Positions 52,245-61,711 are shown, numbered from the stretch's first letter. The stretch is DNA of 64,000 bases from an uncultured delta proteobacterium (GCA_963841435.1 CAWJCS010000005.1:768001-832000); one strand, 5' to 3'. The notes: generated by a model not told the origin, from the letters alone. Numbers and translations: made by a program.

Positions 52245-53588
52245 CTACTGAATGTTCGCGGACATGTAGTCCCAGCCGCTGTCGGTGCAGAACTGGCAGG
52301 TCGAGCCGTTGAGGAAGCCCTTGCCCGTCGCGCTTTCGTCACCCTTCAGCTGCCAGTTCAGCCAGGCCAGATTGACGCGATTGAAGTCTCCCCTGGCCTG
52401 ACCCAGATCCCCCCCGTGACCGGCGCTGGTCTTGGAGAAGTAGACGATCGGAATGCCGCGGGAGCTGATCGCCTGATAGTCGTTCAGTCCATTTTGGTAG
52501 GCGATGTCGCTGGAGCCACCGTTCATGATCTTGAACGGCGTGTGGATCTTGTCGTAGAGCGCGTTGTTCGCGCCCATGAGCCCGCTACTGGTGATGCCGA
52601 TGGCGGCAAAGCGGGGATCGCCTGAAACGTTCTCGGACATCAAGCCGCCGCACGAAAAGCCATCCGCTGCGATCTTCGTCGTCTCGAGGCTCTGGTAGTA
52701 CGCGCTGCACGACTTATCGTTCTCGGCGATGGCCCAGGTGATGTAGTCGAGGAAGGCGGCTCCATTTTGTCCGCCAGCGCAGGCTCCGGTCCCGCCCGGC
52801 GTGCCGTCGGCGACGATGAAGTATCCCCACGAGGCAATCTCGCCCATGGCCGCCTGGTTCGACAGACCGTTCTGAGAGCAGCCGCCCTCTCCCCAGACGA
52901 GGATCGGGTACTTCTCGGCGCCCCCCAGATCGGCAGGCCTGAAGATGGTGCCGCACTTGATCCCTGCCTCGGAGTTCGTCTCGATGACCACGTCGTGAGG
53001 CCCGGTGCCCGACACACTCTTGCCCGCGCTCTGAGACGCGGTGCACGTGCCACCACCGGACTTTCCAGCCGACCCCGCGCTTCCCCCTTTGCCCGCGCTG
53101 CCCGCCATGGAGCCTCCTGCACCAGCGGTGCCCGCCGCGGAGCCGCCCGCGCCAGCACCGCCCATCGCCGAGCCGCCTGCGCCAGCACCGCCCATCGCCG
53201 AGCCTCCCTCACCGGCACCGCCCGCCCCCGAGCCGCCCGCGCCCACGCCTGCCATGCCCGCGCCCGCTGCGCCCGCGCCTCCACTATCGGCGCCGCCCGT
53301 TCCCGCGCCGCCCGTTCCCGCGCCGCCCGTACCGCCGACCGCCCCACCCGTTCCGGACGCGCCACCCGTGACCGTCGAACCAGCGCTACCGCCGCTCGAC
53401 CCGCCCGTCGCGGCTTGTCCCCCCGTGGCAGCCACGCCTGAGCCACCGCTTCCAGCGGCGGGCGCACCGCTCGAGCCACCGGTCCCGTTCGTTGCCTCCC
53501 CACCACTGTCAGAACATCCGAAGCCCCCGGCGGTGATGCCCACGATACCAACGAGCAACGTCTTGATTGCCAGGCGCTCTGTTCTCAT
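52245..53588 (-). CDS. Lipoprotein with Gly-rich linker and alpha/beta-hydrolase domain
   Basis: Lipobox-like GFGC; nucleophile elbow GFSCGG, GGSSD (Asp), AGHGG (His). Confidence 0.8.
   Translation of the reverse strand: MRTERLAIKTLLVGIVGITAGGFGCSDSGGEATNGTGGSSGAPAAGSGGSGVAATGGQAATGGSSGGSAGSTVTGGASGTGGAVGGTGGAGTGGAGTGGADSGGAGAAGAGMAGVGAGGSGAGGAGEGGSAMGGAGAGGSAMGGAGAGGSAAGTAGAGGSMAGSAGKGGSAGSAGKSGGGTCTASQSAGKSVSGTGPHDVVIETNSEAGIKCGTIFRPADLGGAEKYPILVWGEGGCSQNGLSNQAAMGEIASWGYFIVADGTPGGTGACAGGQNGAAFLDYITWAIAENDKSCSAYYQSLETTKIAADGFSCGGLMSENVSGDPRFAAIGITSSGLMGANNALYDKIHTPFKIMNGGSSDIAYQNGLNDYQAISSRGIPIVYFSKTSAGHGGDLGQARGDFNRVNLAWLNWQLKGDESATGKGFLNGSTCQFCTDSGWDYMSANIQ
53130..53335. repeat. Imperfect coding tandem repeats (30-bp GGSAMGGAGA units; 15-bp GAGTG units)
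   Basis: Repeated gcgccagcaccgcccatcgccgagcc and gcgccgcccgttccc. Confidence 0.75.
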
Positions 53589-53835
53589 AGAATTCAAATT
53601 TCCTGCCGCGGTCATGCGAGTGGTCACCTTTTGGCAGGCAGAAGCCAGACCTCGACAAGGACGGTCCAAAAAAGCAACGTCGTGCCGGCACAACGCATTT
53701 GTCCGGTCACGTTGCGCCTTCGAGCGCTAGCGCTGACGCAAAACCGAAAGGCGAAGATCGTGTTTCGTCTCGGGAGGAAAGATTCTCCACCGCCCTCGCG
53801 TAAGGTGGGACCATCGGCAAAAGGTGGGAACGGAC

Positions 53836-55041
53836 ATGAGAGCGACGCTTCGTGAGATTTCTTGTGGGTCAATGCTGGCAGTCGCGGTGAGCCTCGTCGC
53901 GTGCGGGGGCGGGACGAGCGACGGCGAACCGGGCGCGAGCGGAGCGGCCGCGGGAGCGGCAGGGTCGAGCGCGGGTTCTTCGGGTCAAGCAGGGATGGGC
54001 GGCAGTGGAGCGGGCATGGGCGGCGGCGGAGCGGGCGGCGGGGGCGGCGCGGGGATGGCGGGCACGGCCGGGGCGGCACCGAGCTGCCCGACCGACACCA
54101 TCGATTGCAACGGCAGCTGCGTCGGGCTCGGCATGCCGGGCGGTGGCTGCACGGTGCTCGCCATGGCCGGCGACCGCGGGTCCATCAATCACGGCTTCGC
54201 GCTCGACGACGCTTACGTGTACTGGGTCGAAGAGGGCGGGCGCATCGCGGTCGCGCGCGTGGCAAAGGCCGGCGGCAGCCGCGAAGATCTGCTGATTCCA
54301 GACGATATCCCCTACTCCCCCAGCGTCAACTCCACGACGGTGTTCTTCAGCATCGAAGGGTTCGACGGGGCCACGTTGAACTCGATGCCGAAGGCCGGCG
54401 GAACGGCCACGGTTCTCGGCACCAACTCCGACGGGATCACGGACATCGTCGCGACCGAGTCACGCGTCTACTTCTCGCGCGAACATTTCCTCGACGGGAC
54501 CTACGAGGTCGTGAGCACCACGCCCGACGGAGGGGACGAGATCGTCCACGCAACGACCGGCTCGTTCGGAGAGAACCACACCGCCGTCAACGCGAACAAC
54601 GTCTACTTCCTCGACGACGATTTCTTCGACACCCCGAGAATCGAACGCACGGCGCTCGACGGGACCAGCGTCGAAACCGTCGTCGGCATGGATAGCATCA
54701 CGGCCTTCGTCCTCGCGGGCGATGCCGTCGTCTTCTACGAGTATTCGGGCAAGGCGTTTCTGAGCGTCCCCAAAGCTGGCGGCACGGCGAGCCTCCTGTT
54801 CAAGCCGAGCGAGGTCCCGAGCCAGCGCCCCGTGGTCGCCGCCACCGACCGCTTCGTCTACTTCACGACACCGACGGGCGTCTGGCGGGCCGGAGTGGAC
54901 GGCTCGGACCCCGTGCGCCTCCTCACGACGAGCGGCGTCGTCAACTTCATCGCCGCCGACGCCAGCGGTGTGTACCTGGCCGTGGACACCGCGGCGTACG
55001 CCGCGCCAGCGTACGTCATCAAGCTCGATCAGCCGAGCTGA
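53836..55041 (+). CDS. Lipoprotein with Gly-rich linker and beta-propeller (DUF5050-like) domain
   Basis: Lipobox LVAC; repeated blades (ALDDAYVYW..., ...PKAGG). Confidence 0.75.
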   Translation: MRATLREISCGSMLAVAVSLVACGGGTSDGEPGASGAAAGAAGSSAGSSGQAGMGGSGAGMGGGGAGGGGGAGMAGTAGAAPSCPTDTIDCNGSCVGLGMPGGGCTVLAMAGDRGSINHGFALDDAYVYWVEEGGRIAVARVAKAGGSREDLLIPDDIPYSPSVNSTTVFFSIEGFDGATLNSMPKAGGTATVLGTNSDGITDIVATESRVYFSREHFLDGTYEVVSTTPDGGDEIVHATTGSFGENHTAVNANNVYFLDDDFFDTPRIERTALDGTSVETVVGMDSITAFVLAGDAVVFYEYSGKAFLSVPKAGGTASLLFKPSEVPSQRPVVAATDRFVYFTTPTGVWRAGVDGSDPVRLLTTSGVVNFIAADASGVYLAVDTAAYAAPAYVIKLDQPS

Positions 55042-55058
55042 CCGAGTGAACGAGCGGC

Positions 55059-55439
55059 TCAGAGCCGCTGCGTGCCCGGGAGCTTCGCAAGATCACGATC
55101 AAACGTGCCTAGGGGGCCATGTCCGGCTGCCTGCGCGACCGCCAGCAGAAGGCAGTCGGAAAAGCCGAGCGATGGTTTGGCGCGAAAGTGTTCGAGCGCC
55201 GCAAGCACGACTTCCGGGTCTTGAATAGAGAGGCTCTGGTGACTGAGCAACAGTTCGACGGCCATCGCAAGCTTGGTCGGCGCAAGCCGGTAGACGGCCG
55301 CCAACACCCAGGTTGTCTCGACCAGTGCAAGGTGGGAGACCCACGCGCCCGGCGCGACGAATTCGTCAGCGCGAGCGGCCAGCTTCGGATCGTCCCGCGT
55401 GATGACACGCACGAGGACGTTGGTATCAATCGCGCGCAT
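55059..55439 (-). CDS. vapC: VapC PIN-domain toxin
   Basis: AIDTNVLVR, LVETTWVL, FSDCL, TFDRDL. Confidence 0.9.
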   Translation of the reverse strand: MRAIDTNVLVRVITRDDPKLAARADEFVAPGAWVSHLALVETTWVLAAVYRLAPTKLAMAVELLLSHQSLSIQDPEVVLAALEHFRAKPSLGFSDCLLLAVAQAAGHGPLGTFDRDLAKLPGTQRL

Positions 55440-55686
55440 GCCGCTTCCGGACGTAGCGCGCACGGCCAGCCTCGAGCTCGTCCAGACTGTGCCGACGAGG
55501 CGTCACGTCGAAGAGCGCTTCATGCACGTCCTCAGACGTGCACGTGGCTGCGCGCCGCACGAGGATGCGAGCACCAACCTCCTCCCACTCGAGCACGGAG
55601 CCAGGGCCGACACCGAGCTTGCGTCTCACTGCAGCCGGCACGGAGATTTGTCCCTGAGCAGTCAGCTTGGACCTGGCGAGCGACAT
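55426..55686 (-). CDS. AbrB/MazE-family antitoxin
   Basis: SKLTAQGQISVPAAVRRKLGVGPG. Confidence 0.9.
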   Translation of the reverse strand: MSLARSKLTAQGQISVPAAVRRKLGVGPGSVLEWEEVGARILVRRAATCTSEDVHEALFDVTPRRHSLDELEAGRARYVRKRHARD

Positions 55687-55693
55687 TCGCTCA

Positions 55694-55709
55694 CATTACC
55701 CCGGTAATG
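55694..55709. promoter_or_regulatory. Palindromic operator of the AbrB-VapC operon
   Basis: CATTACC-CC-GGTAATG just upstream of the antitoxin start. Confidence 0.6.
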
Positions 55710-55841
55710 CAAGTGAGGCAAGCGGCCAAGCACCAGCTCCTCCGAACAAGACCCAGGAGGAAGATCGCGAGCCGCGACCGGGAAACCGCTTGGCGCACGC
55801 CGGCACTGGCAGTCACTTCGCCATGGCTCCAAAATGTCGCC

Positions 55842-56306
55842 ATGCCGCGACCAAAGAAGCGTCCGCCGATCCACCTGCCACCCGGCGCAGGCCGCACCTA
55901 CGCGATGGGCCCGGTACAAGCCATCTTCAAGGCGGACGGCGACGAAACGCGTGGACGCTACTCGATCTCGGAGTGGTGGCTCGAACCCTACACGCGCGGC
56001 CCCGGCGCCCACCAGCACGACGAAGACGACGTCTTCTTCGTCATCGAAGGAACGATGAGCTTCTTCATCGGCGGCACCTGGCTCGACGCACCGAAAGGCT
56101 CCCTGGTCATCGCCCCCGCCGGCACCCCGCACGACTTCGAAAACCGCACCCCCGCCCGCGCCGGCGCCCTCAACCTCTCCGTCCCCGGCGACTTCGAGCC
56201 CGAAATGAAGGGCATCGCCGCCTGGTTCCGCGCCCGCTCGGCCCCGGCGTCGCGCACCGCAAACGCACCGCGAAGGGCATCGGCCAGCCGAGCCCCGCGA
56301 CGCTAA
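55842..56306 (+). CDS. Cupin domain protein
   Basis: HQH..DDVFFVIEG, PAGTPHDFEN. Confidence 0.88.
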   Translation: MPRPKKRPPIHLPPGAGRTYAMGPVQAIFKADGDETRGRYSISEWWLEPYTRGPGAHQHDEDDVFFVIEGTMSFFIGGTWLDAPKGSLVIAPAGTPHDFENRTPARAGALNLSVPGDFEPEMKGIAAWFRARSAPASRTANAPRRASASRAPRR

Positions 56307-56421
56307 TTCAGGTCCCCATCCGGGCGACCACCTCGCCCACCGAGCGTTCCACCGGACCGGCGAGGTGCGACCGCTCAAGCGGGGCCGAGCACCAGAGCCC
56401 CTTGGTGGGCGGCTCGCCATC

Positions 56422-56440
56422 TGCTAGCATTTTGCAAGCA
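56422..56440. promoter_or_regulatory. FitAB-like operator abutting the start codon
   Basis: TGCTAGCA-TTT-TGCAAGCA, resembling TGCTATCA half-sites; no SD before the ATG. Confidence 0.55.
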
Positions 56441-56679
56441 TGCCGAAGACGTCTGCTACCCTCACCATTCGCAACGTCCCGCTGCGGGTCGTGCGAAACC
56501 TCAAGTCGATCGCGAAGCGCCGCCATCGTTCCATGGAGCAGGAGGTTCGCGACCTGCTGGAGGAATACGTAGGGGAACGCGCGGCAGTGGTCCGCCAAAT
56601 CGAAGGATCCTGGGAAAGCCAGTCGCGCAGACCCTCCGCCGCGGAGGTGGAGAAGTGGCTCGAAAAGGGTAAGCGGTGA
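56440..56679 (+). CDS. FitA-like ribbon-helix-helix antitoxin
   Basis: TLTIRNVP...LKSIAKRRHRSMEQEVRDLL. Confidence 0.88.
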   Translation: MPKTSATLTIRNVPLRVVRNLKSIAKRRHRSMEQEVRDLLEEYVGERAAVVRQIEGSWESQSRRPSAAEVEKWLEKGKR

Positions 56680-57083
56680 AGGCCGTCGTCAACACGAACG
56701 TGGTGGCGTATTTTCTACTTGGGACACCCAAGTTCGTGGCCGAGGCGCGCGACTTTTGGAACCACGCCGACGACCTCGTCGCGCCCGGGCTCTGGGAGGC
56801 AGAGATCGCAAACGTCATCTGGATGGCCGCACGCGCGAAGGTGATCACCGAGCGGGACGCTGGCGCAAAGTTGGCGCTCGCCGCACGGCTTGGCGTCCAG
56901 TCCGTCAACAATCGAACGCTCTGGCACGGGGCACTTGCCCGCTCCCTGAGCTCCGGCATCGCCGTCTACGACACGTTGTTCGTCGAGCTTGCGGCACGCG
57001 ACGGCATTCCCTTGGCAACCTTCGACGAAAAAGTCTTGAAGGCCTACCGAGACATCGCGAAGCGCCCCCGCGACCTCCAGTGA
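56676..57083 (+). CDS. vapC: VapC/FitB PIN-domain toxin
   Basis: AVV(N)TNVV, EIANV, YDTLFVELA, LATFD. Confidence 0.88.
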   Translation: MKAVVNTNVVAYFLLGTPKFVAEARDFWNHADDLVAPGLWEAEIANVIWMAARAKVITERDAGAKLALAARLGVQSVNNRTLWHGALARSLSSGIAVYDTLFVELAARDGIPLATFDEKVLKAYRDIAKRPRDLQ

Positions 57084-57140
57084 CCCGAGCGCCGTCTGCG
57101 GCTACTTGTCGGTCGCCCACGGGGATGGCTACGCCGCGAG

Positions 57141-57503
57141 CTAGCGAGGTACGGGAGCAAAGGTCCCGGTGAAGGTCGCGTGGTTGCATTGCCGTCCACA
57201 GAGCCACACCGTTCCAACACACGCGCTGGCAACGTCGATGTTAACACCCACCCTACGCGTCGAATCGAGCGTCTCGATGCTACAAACAAGGGGGAGGCAC
57301 CCCAGCGCGTGGGTGGAAAAATGCCCGTCAGGCCCTGTCACTGCGATCATCGGGTACCGACCGTCGGGGCACACGACCTTTGCGACCGCCCCGACCGCCG
57401 GTGTTCCATCATGGTTGCGAAGGTGCCCCTCGACGATGATCCCAGGGTCACACGCGGCGCCAACGAGCGGGAGCAAAAGTGCCCGAGCAAGCTTGTCGAG
57501 CAT
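57141..57503 (-). CDS. Small hypothetical lipoprotein (carboxypeptidase-regulatory-like beta-sandwich)
   Basis: Lipobox GAAC; G.PAVGA...TGPDGHF. Confidence 0.55.
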   Translation of the reverse strand: MLDKLARALLLPLVGAACDPGIIVEGHLRNHDGTPAVGAVAKVVCPDGRYPMIAVTGPDGHFSTHALGCLPLVCSIETLDSTRRVGVNIDVASACVGTVWLCGRQCNHATFTGTFAPVPR

Positions 57504-57553
57504 CGCCCGTCCAGCCTACCAGGTTTCAAATCGGCCTTGGTCATCGGTGTCAG

Positions 57554-58732
57554 CTAGTTTTTCGACGACGCTGGCGGCACCGGGCGCGGCTTCTGCTTGC
57601 CATTGCGCGAGAACGCTCGCTCGACCGCGGCGATCGCGTCCGCGTCCGACGGCAACAGCGACCAGCCGAGGACCTTGAACCGCGGCAGCTTGCGCGAGAC
57701 CTGGGCAAACGCCGCCGGCACTCGCACGTCCTTCAGCGACTCTGGCAGGCCCGACACCTGGAGGCCGCAGGTCTTCAAGCCCTCGACGTAGGTTCGCATG
57801 ATGCTGAAGCCGAGCTCGGTGTAAAGCCCGCGCTCTTCGGACCAACGGGGGATGGCCAGATCGAGGCCGAGCGGGAGCGAGGGCTCCTCGCCGCTTCCCT
57901 CCGCGACCGAGATCTCGAGGCAGGGCTTCAGGAGCTCCGACGGCAGCTGACGCGCGGCGATGCGCAACACTTCCACGTCCGTCTTCGTCGGAAACTCCAC
58001 CGTGTCGCGCTTGACGAGGTCATACAGGTAGTGCGAATTCGACCAGCCGTTGTGCGCGGCCGTGCAAAAGAGAAAATCGGCGTGCTCGCTGACGAAAAGG
58101 AACGGGCCAATCGACGCATCGAGGCTGACGGAGTTCTCGTAGCTCGACGCATCCTGGACCGACTCCGGCGCGGAAACCACCACGTCACCCTCCGCATCGA
58201 GGCGCTTCGCGGACGCGCCCTTCACCTCGAACGTGAAATCGTTGTTGGGGATCGGGTCTGATCCGGGGTCGAACGCGGGAGCGCAATCCTTGAGGCCGTG
58301 CCCGACTCCCTTGGTCTCCTGAAAGCGGTACACGCCGCCGTCCGCAAAGACCAACGCGCCCGTGCGCTTGCCGCGCACTCTGAGCTCGGGCGAACGCCAC
58401 TCGAGCCAGAACGACTCTTCGGCATAGCCATCCTCCGGTCGCCCCCACACGATAAGGCGCTCCACGTCGGGATCCACAGCGGGCAGCGCCGTCGCGCTGG
58501 CTACCGGCGGAGCAACGCTCGCCGCGGGAGCAACGCTCGCCGCGGGCTTCACGCTCGACTGAAGAGCCTCACTCGACGACTCGGACGTTGCGATCGCCGC
58601 GTCGACCGTCAACGCCCCGTGTGTTACCGAGCCCCCCTTACAGCCGGTGCAACCCAAGGCACCGACCACCGCCAGGCCGATGAGCGTTGCCCGAGCGTGA
58701 GGGGAAACGGCCGCGCGGTGCAAGCGGGTCAT
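57554..58732 (-). CDS. Hypothetical exported/lipoprotein
   Basis: Hydrophobic leader with ALGC; A/S/P linker containing an 18-bp tandem repeat (about 58509-58545); globular Cys-containing domain. Confidence 0.65.
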   Translation of the reverse strand: MTRLHRAAVSPHARATLIGLAVVGALGCTGCKGGSVTHGALTVDAAIATSESSSEALQSSVKPAASVAPAASVAPPVASATALPAVDPDVERLIVWGRPEDGYAEESFWLEWRSPELRVRGKRTGALVFADGGVYRFQETKGVGHGLKDCAPAFDPGSDPIPNNDFTFEVKGASAKRLDAEGDVVVSAPESVQDASSYENSVSLDASIGPFLFVSEHADFLFCTAAHNGWSNSHYLYDLVKRDTVEFPTKTDVEVLRIAARQLPSELLKPCLEISVAEGSGEEPSLPLGLDLAIPRWSEERGLYTELGFSIMRTYVEGLKTCGLQVSGLPESLKDVRVPAAFAQVSRKLPRFKVLGWSLLPSDADAIAAVERAFSRNGKQKPRPVPPASSKN

Positions 58733-58820
58733 GAGCGAGAAGAGACCGAGCTCCCAATCCTTTCGTCGGTAAGCGGCCCCCTTGTGCGGTTCACCTTCTA
58801 TCATGTGGTAGGCGTCTCGT

Positions 58821-59468
58821 TCAGTCGGCTCCCGCCTCCACCGGCGTGAGCTCGCGCACCATGAAGAGGACGTGCACCTCGCCGCCCGAGACGAGGCCGA
58901 CGAGCACGCCCGTCGCTTCGACGTGCTTGCCCGCGGAGCTTTCGAAGCCATCCGAGACGCCGGCGATCGGCATGAGCAGCAGCCTCGACACGGGCACCGA
59001 CACCGACTCGTCCGTTTTGGACGGCGCGCCGACGCAGCTCGGCGACTCGAGCTCGAACGACCAGGCGGGCTTGCTCGGAGGCGCACCCTTTTCGTGCATT
59101 TTCTTGGTTGGGGCATGCGCGGAGCCGGGCTTGGGGCGCTCGACGACTCCGCGAAGGACGACGGTCCCGCCGTACGGCAGGCAGCCGGGCGGTAGTGCGA
59201 CGGCGGCGCTCTCGGGCAACCGAGTGCCGGCGGGTTTCGCGCTGGCGTTGGGTGCCGGCGACGCTGCGTCTGGCGGAGTCGGTGCCGTGTGTGGCGGCGC
59301 GGAGGTGGAGGTGGAGGTGGCCGGAGGTGCCGTTGCAGACGGGCCGGGCGGCGACGCTTTCACGAGCGTCGCGGGAGCGCTCGGCGAGGGGGATGCCGCC
59401 GTCGAGCCAGCTCGAGCCGGAGCGCAGGCGGAGCAGAGTACGACGACTGCGAGAACGCGGCATCTCAT
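58821..59468 (-). CDS. Hypothetical Pro/Ala/Ser-rich lipoprotein
   Basis: Leader VLAVVVLCSAC; long P/A/S/T linker; small C-terminal beta-rich domain. Confidence 0.55.
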   Translation of the reverse strand: MRCRVLAVVVLCSACAPARAGSTAASPSPSAPATLVKASPPGPSATAPPATSTSTSAPPHTAPTPPDAASPAPNASAKPAGTRLPESAAVALPPGCLPYGGTVVLRGVVERPKPGSAHAPTKKMHEKGAPPSKPAWSFELESPSCVGAPSKTDESVSVPVSRLLLMPIAGVSDGFESSAGKHVEATGVLVGLVSGGEVHVLFMVRELTPVEAGAD

Positions 59469-59522
59469 GGCTACTGCGTGCACACATTCGATGGATAGGG
59501 TTCTCGCGCCTGAGGAGGTAGT

Positions 59523-60602
59523 CTACTCGGCGCAGTCCTTCGGATCGACGCAGCCCTCGTAACAAGAGCCGGTGTAGGAGACCACGTACGCCGGCTCCTC
59601 GCAGAAGGGCGTCACGATCTCGCAGGAGACGTTGGCCCCCTTGCAGTCCGCCAGATCACCGTTTGCGCAGCGCGAGAACTTCGCGCAACAGCCGACCGAG
59701 GCGCAGCCGCAGGTGCCCGGATCGACGAAAACCGAGTGGCACTGGCTGCTGGCTTCACACTCGTCGCGCGTCGTGATGGTCGCGCAGTCGCTGCCGCCCT
59801 CGCATTGGCCCGCGGTGCAAACTCCGCTCCCGCAGGCGTTCCCACACGCGCCGCAGTTATTGGGATCGATGTGGCGATCCGCGCAGCACGCTTCGCCGCC
59901 GGTGCCAGTAAGCACCTCGTTGCCGTAGTAGCCCAACGGGCAGGGACAGCCGCAACATCCGCAGTTGGTCTGCGGCACGATGGAAAAATCGATGCTCTTC
60001 GATTCGAACCCGGGCGCCGAAAGGACGACGGTGTAGTCACCGTCAGGGAGCTCGAAGTCGTCCGACTGGCAGGTCCACTGGCACGGGCTGCCGCCGTTCG
60101 CGTAGCAGGTGATCGGGAAGTCCGCGCTGGCCTTCAGATCGGCGATGTCGCTGCCGCTCTCCGCAGACACCGCAACGACGAAGGGCGGACCGCAAGCGAC
60201 GCCGGGGCACGGCCCGCAGCCGCCGGCGCCCGCTGTACTTCCGCCGACGCCCGCACCCGAGCCCGCGTCACCTCCGGCGCCCGAGAGCGAGCCACCTGTG
60301 CCGCCCGCGCCTTCGCCGGCGCCGCCGCCGGTCCCGCTGCCGGCCGTTCCGCCCGAGCCGCCCGTCGTGATGGAGCCGCCGGTGCCTCCGCCCGTGCCGC
60401 CGCGCCCGCCCGTGCTGCCGCCAGTGCCGCCACCCGACCCGCCCGCTGCGCCGCTTCCGCCGCTACCGCTGCCGCCGCCCGTCGCTCCGGAGTCACCACC
60501 CGCTCCCCCGCTTTCGCTCTGCACGAAGGTCTTGCTCCCGCAGGCGACCGCGAACACCAACAGGACGGAAGCCGAAAGACCGTGGGAGAAGTGGGAGCGC
60601 AT
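59523..60602 (-). CDS. Lipoprotein with Gly-rich linker and Cys-rich myxobacterial repeats
   Basis: Lipobox AVAC; DPNNCGACGNAC...C..GQC module; more than 25 Cys. Confidence 0.75.
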   Translation of the reverse strand: MRSHFSHGLSASVLLVFAVACGSKTFVQSESGGAGGDSGATGGGSGSGGSGAAGGSGGGTGGSTGGRGGTGGGTGGSITTGGSGGTAGSGTGGGAGEGAGGTGGSLSGAGGDAGSGAGVGGSTAGAGGCGPCPGVACGPPFVVAVSAESGSDIADLKASADFPITCYANGGSPCQWTCQSDDFELPDGDYTVVLSAPGFESKSIDFSIVPQTNCGCCGCPCPLGYYGNEVLTGTGGEACCADRHIDPNNCGACGNACGSGVCTAGQCEGGSDCATITTRDECEASSQCHSVFVDPGTCGCASVGCCAKFSRCANGDLADCKGANVSCEIVTPFCEEPAYVVSYTGSCYEGCVDPKDCAE

Positions 60603-60780
60603 GCGGACCCTCATGATGCCAAGCATGGGCCGTACCAGGCGCGGCAGCGAGGAACGCGGCCTCTTTTTTGACGCCGGCGCCAAATCGGCTGGCTCAAGCT
60701 GGCGCAGGGCCGCGGACCCGTCGCGATGGCCCCCTAGAGCCCGGAGTTCCCCCGTGTTGGGCGGCAGCGAGCAGTCGCCT

Positions 60781-61711
60781 TTATCCGCTGAGGCGTGAGC
60801 TCAATCTCCGATAGAGCTCCACCGACGCCTCGACCTCGGACTTTCGAATGGAGACGCTCTCGACGTTGATGCCGATTGGCAAGTGCTTTTCGCGTGCGTA
60901 GTCCTGCACGTCGGTGAATACGCTCTCGCACAGGTCGATGGAGCGCGCCAGCGTGTCGGGAGAATGGCGCAGCTCGTTCTCCAGCCATCGCGGGAACGAG
61001 ATGCCGAGCCACTTCATGAACTCGAGCGTGCGCAAGGAGCCGCACGGCGAGAACGTGAGCACTATCGGGGCGGGCGAGCGACCGGACGCCTGCGATAACA
61101 ATGCGTAGTCGGAGAGCAACGACCTCGTGGACGCCGCATCGTAAACCGATTGCGTAATGAAGAAGCGACAGCCGGCGATCCTGCTTGGCGAGCATCCGCT
61201 GGTGCTCGTCCCCTTTCGCGACGTGCCGCTCCGCAATGGCGATTCCGCCCAGGACCAGGTTGGGAGCAGCGCGCGCGAGCACATAGGCCTCGTTCAGCGG
61301 CAAAGCCGGGATTCGCGACCGACCGCGTGGCGCGCCAACGAAGACGCTGAGGCGCCGCTCAGCCGCTGCCCGTATCGTGTCGAGCCAGCTCGAGAGCACT
61401 TCGCGCGGGTGCGCGCCCACGCATCGGTACACGATCTTCGGAATCGCGAGCTCGGCAAGTGAGTCGTGCGCGTAAACTTCAGGGTCGACGGTGGGTAGGA
61501 ACGGGAACGGCCGTGCCTGGCCGCCTCGTCCCGGCTCGTCCTGGATGTCGTAGACGACCAAGCCGTCAGGCGCGAGCGCGCGAAGGCGGGCAATCTGTTG
61601 AGCGGCGATCTCACGCAGGCGCTCGGGGTCCGTCGCTAGTTTCGGCGGCGCGATTCCGTAGAGACGAATCCCGGTGAGTCCACGGTCCAGCTTTTCGAAA
61701 AATGCATTCAA
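60781..61711 (-). CDS. Methylenetetrahydrofolate reductase-like protein (frameshift near 61173)
   Basis: YGIAPPK, VYDIQDE, GGIAIAERH, GCRFFITQSVYD, LEFMKWLGI; split over two ORFs. Confidence 0.8.

Noticed and set aside
53050-53490. Possible CRISPR-like repeats
   Set aside because: Repeats are in-frame coding units without unique spacers; no cas genes
53672-53688. Sigma-54-like CGGCACGACGTTGCT on the minus strand
   Set aside because: Only 9 nt between GG and GC; sigma-54 requires 10
53041-53730. Pro-rich ORFs (also 60109..60798 and 10733..11629)
   Set aside because: Antisense reading of Gly-rich linkers
14795-56693. Codon reassignment (AAC read as Asp) to explain the Asn-for-Asp cases
   Set aside because: Changes are confined to the GTC-AAC context, have a silent reverse-strand counterpart, and conserved Asn residues elsewhere use AAC normally
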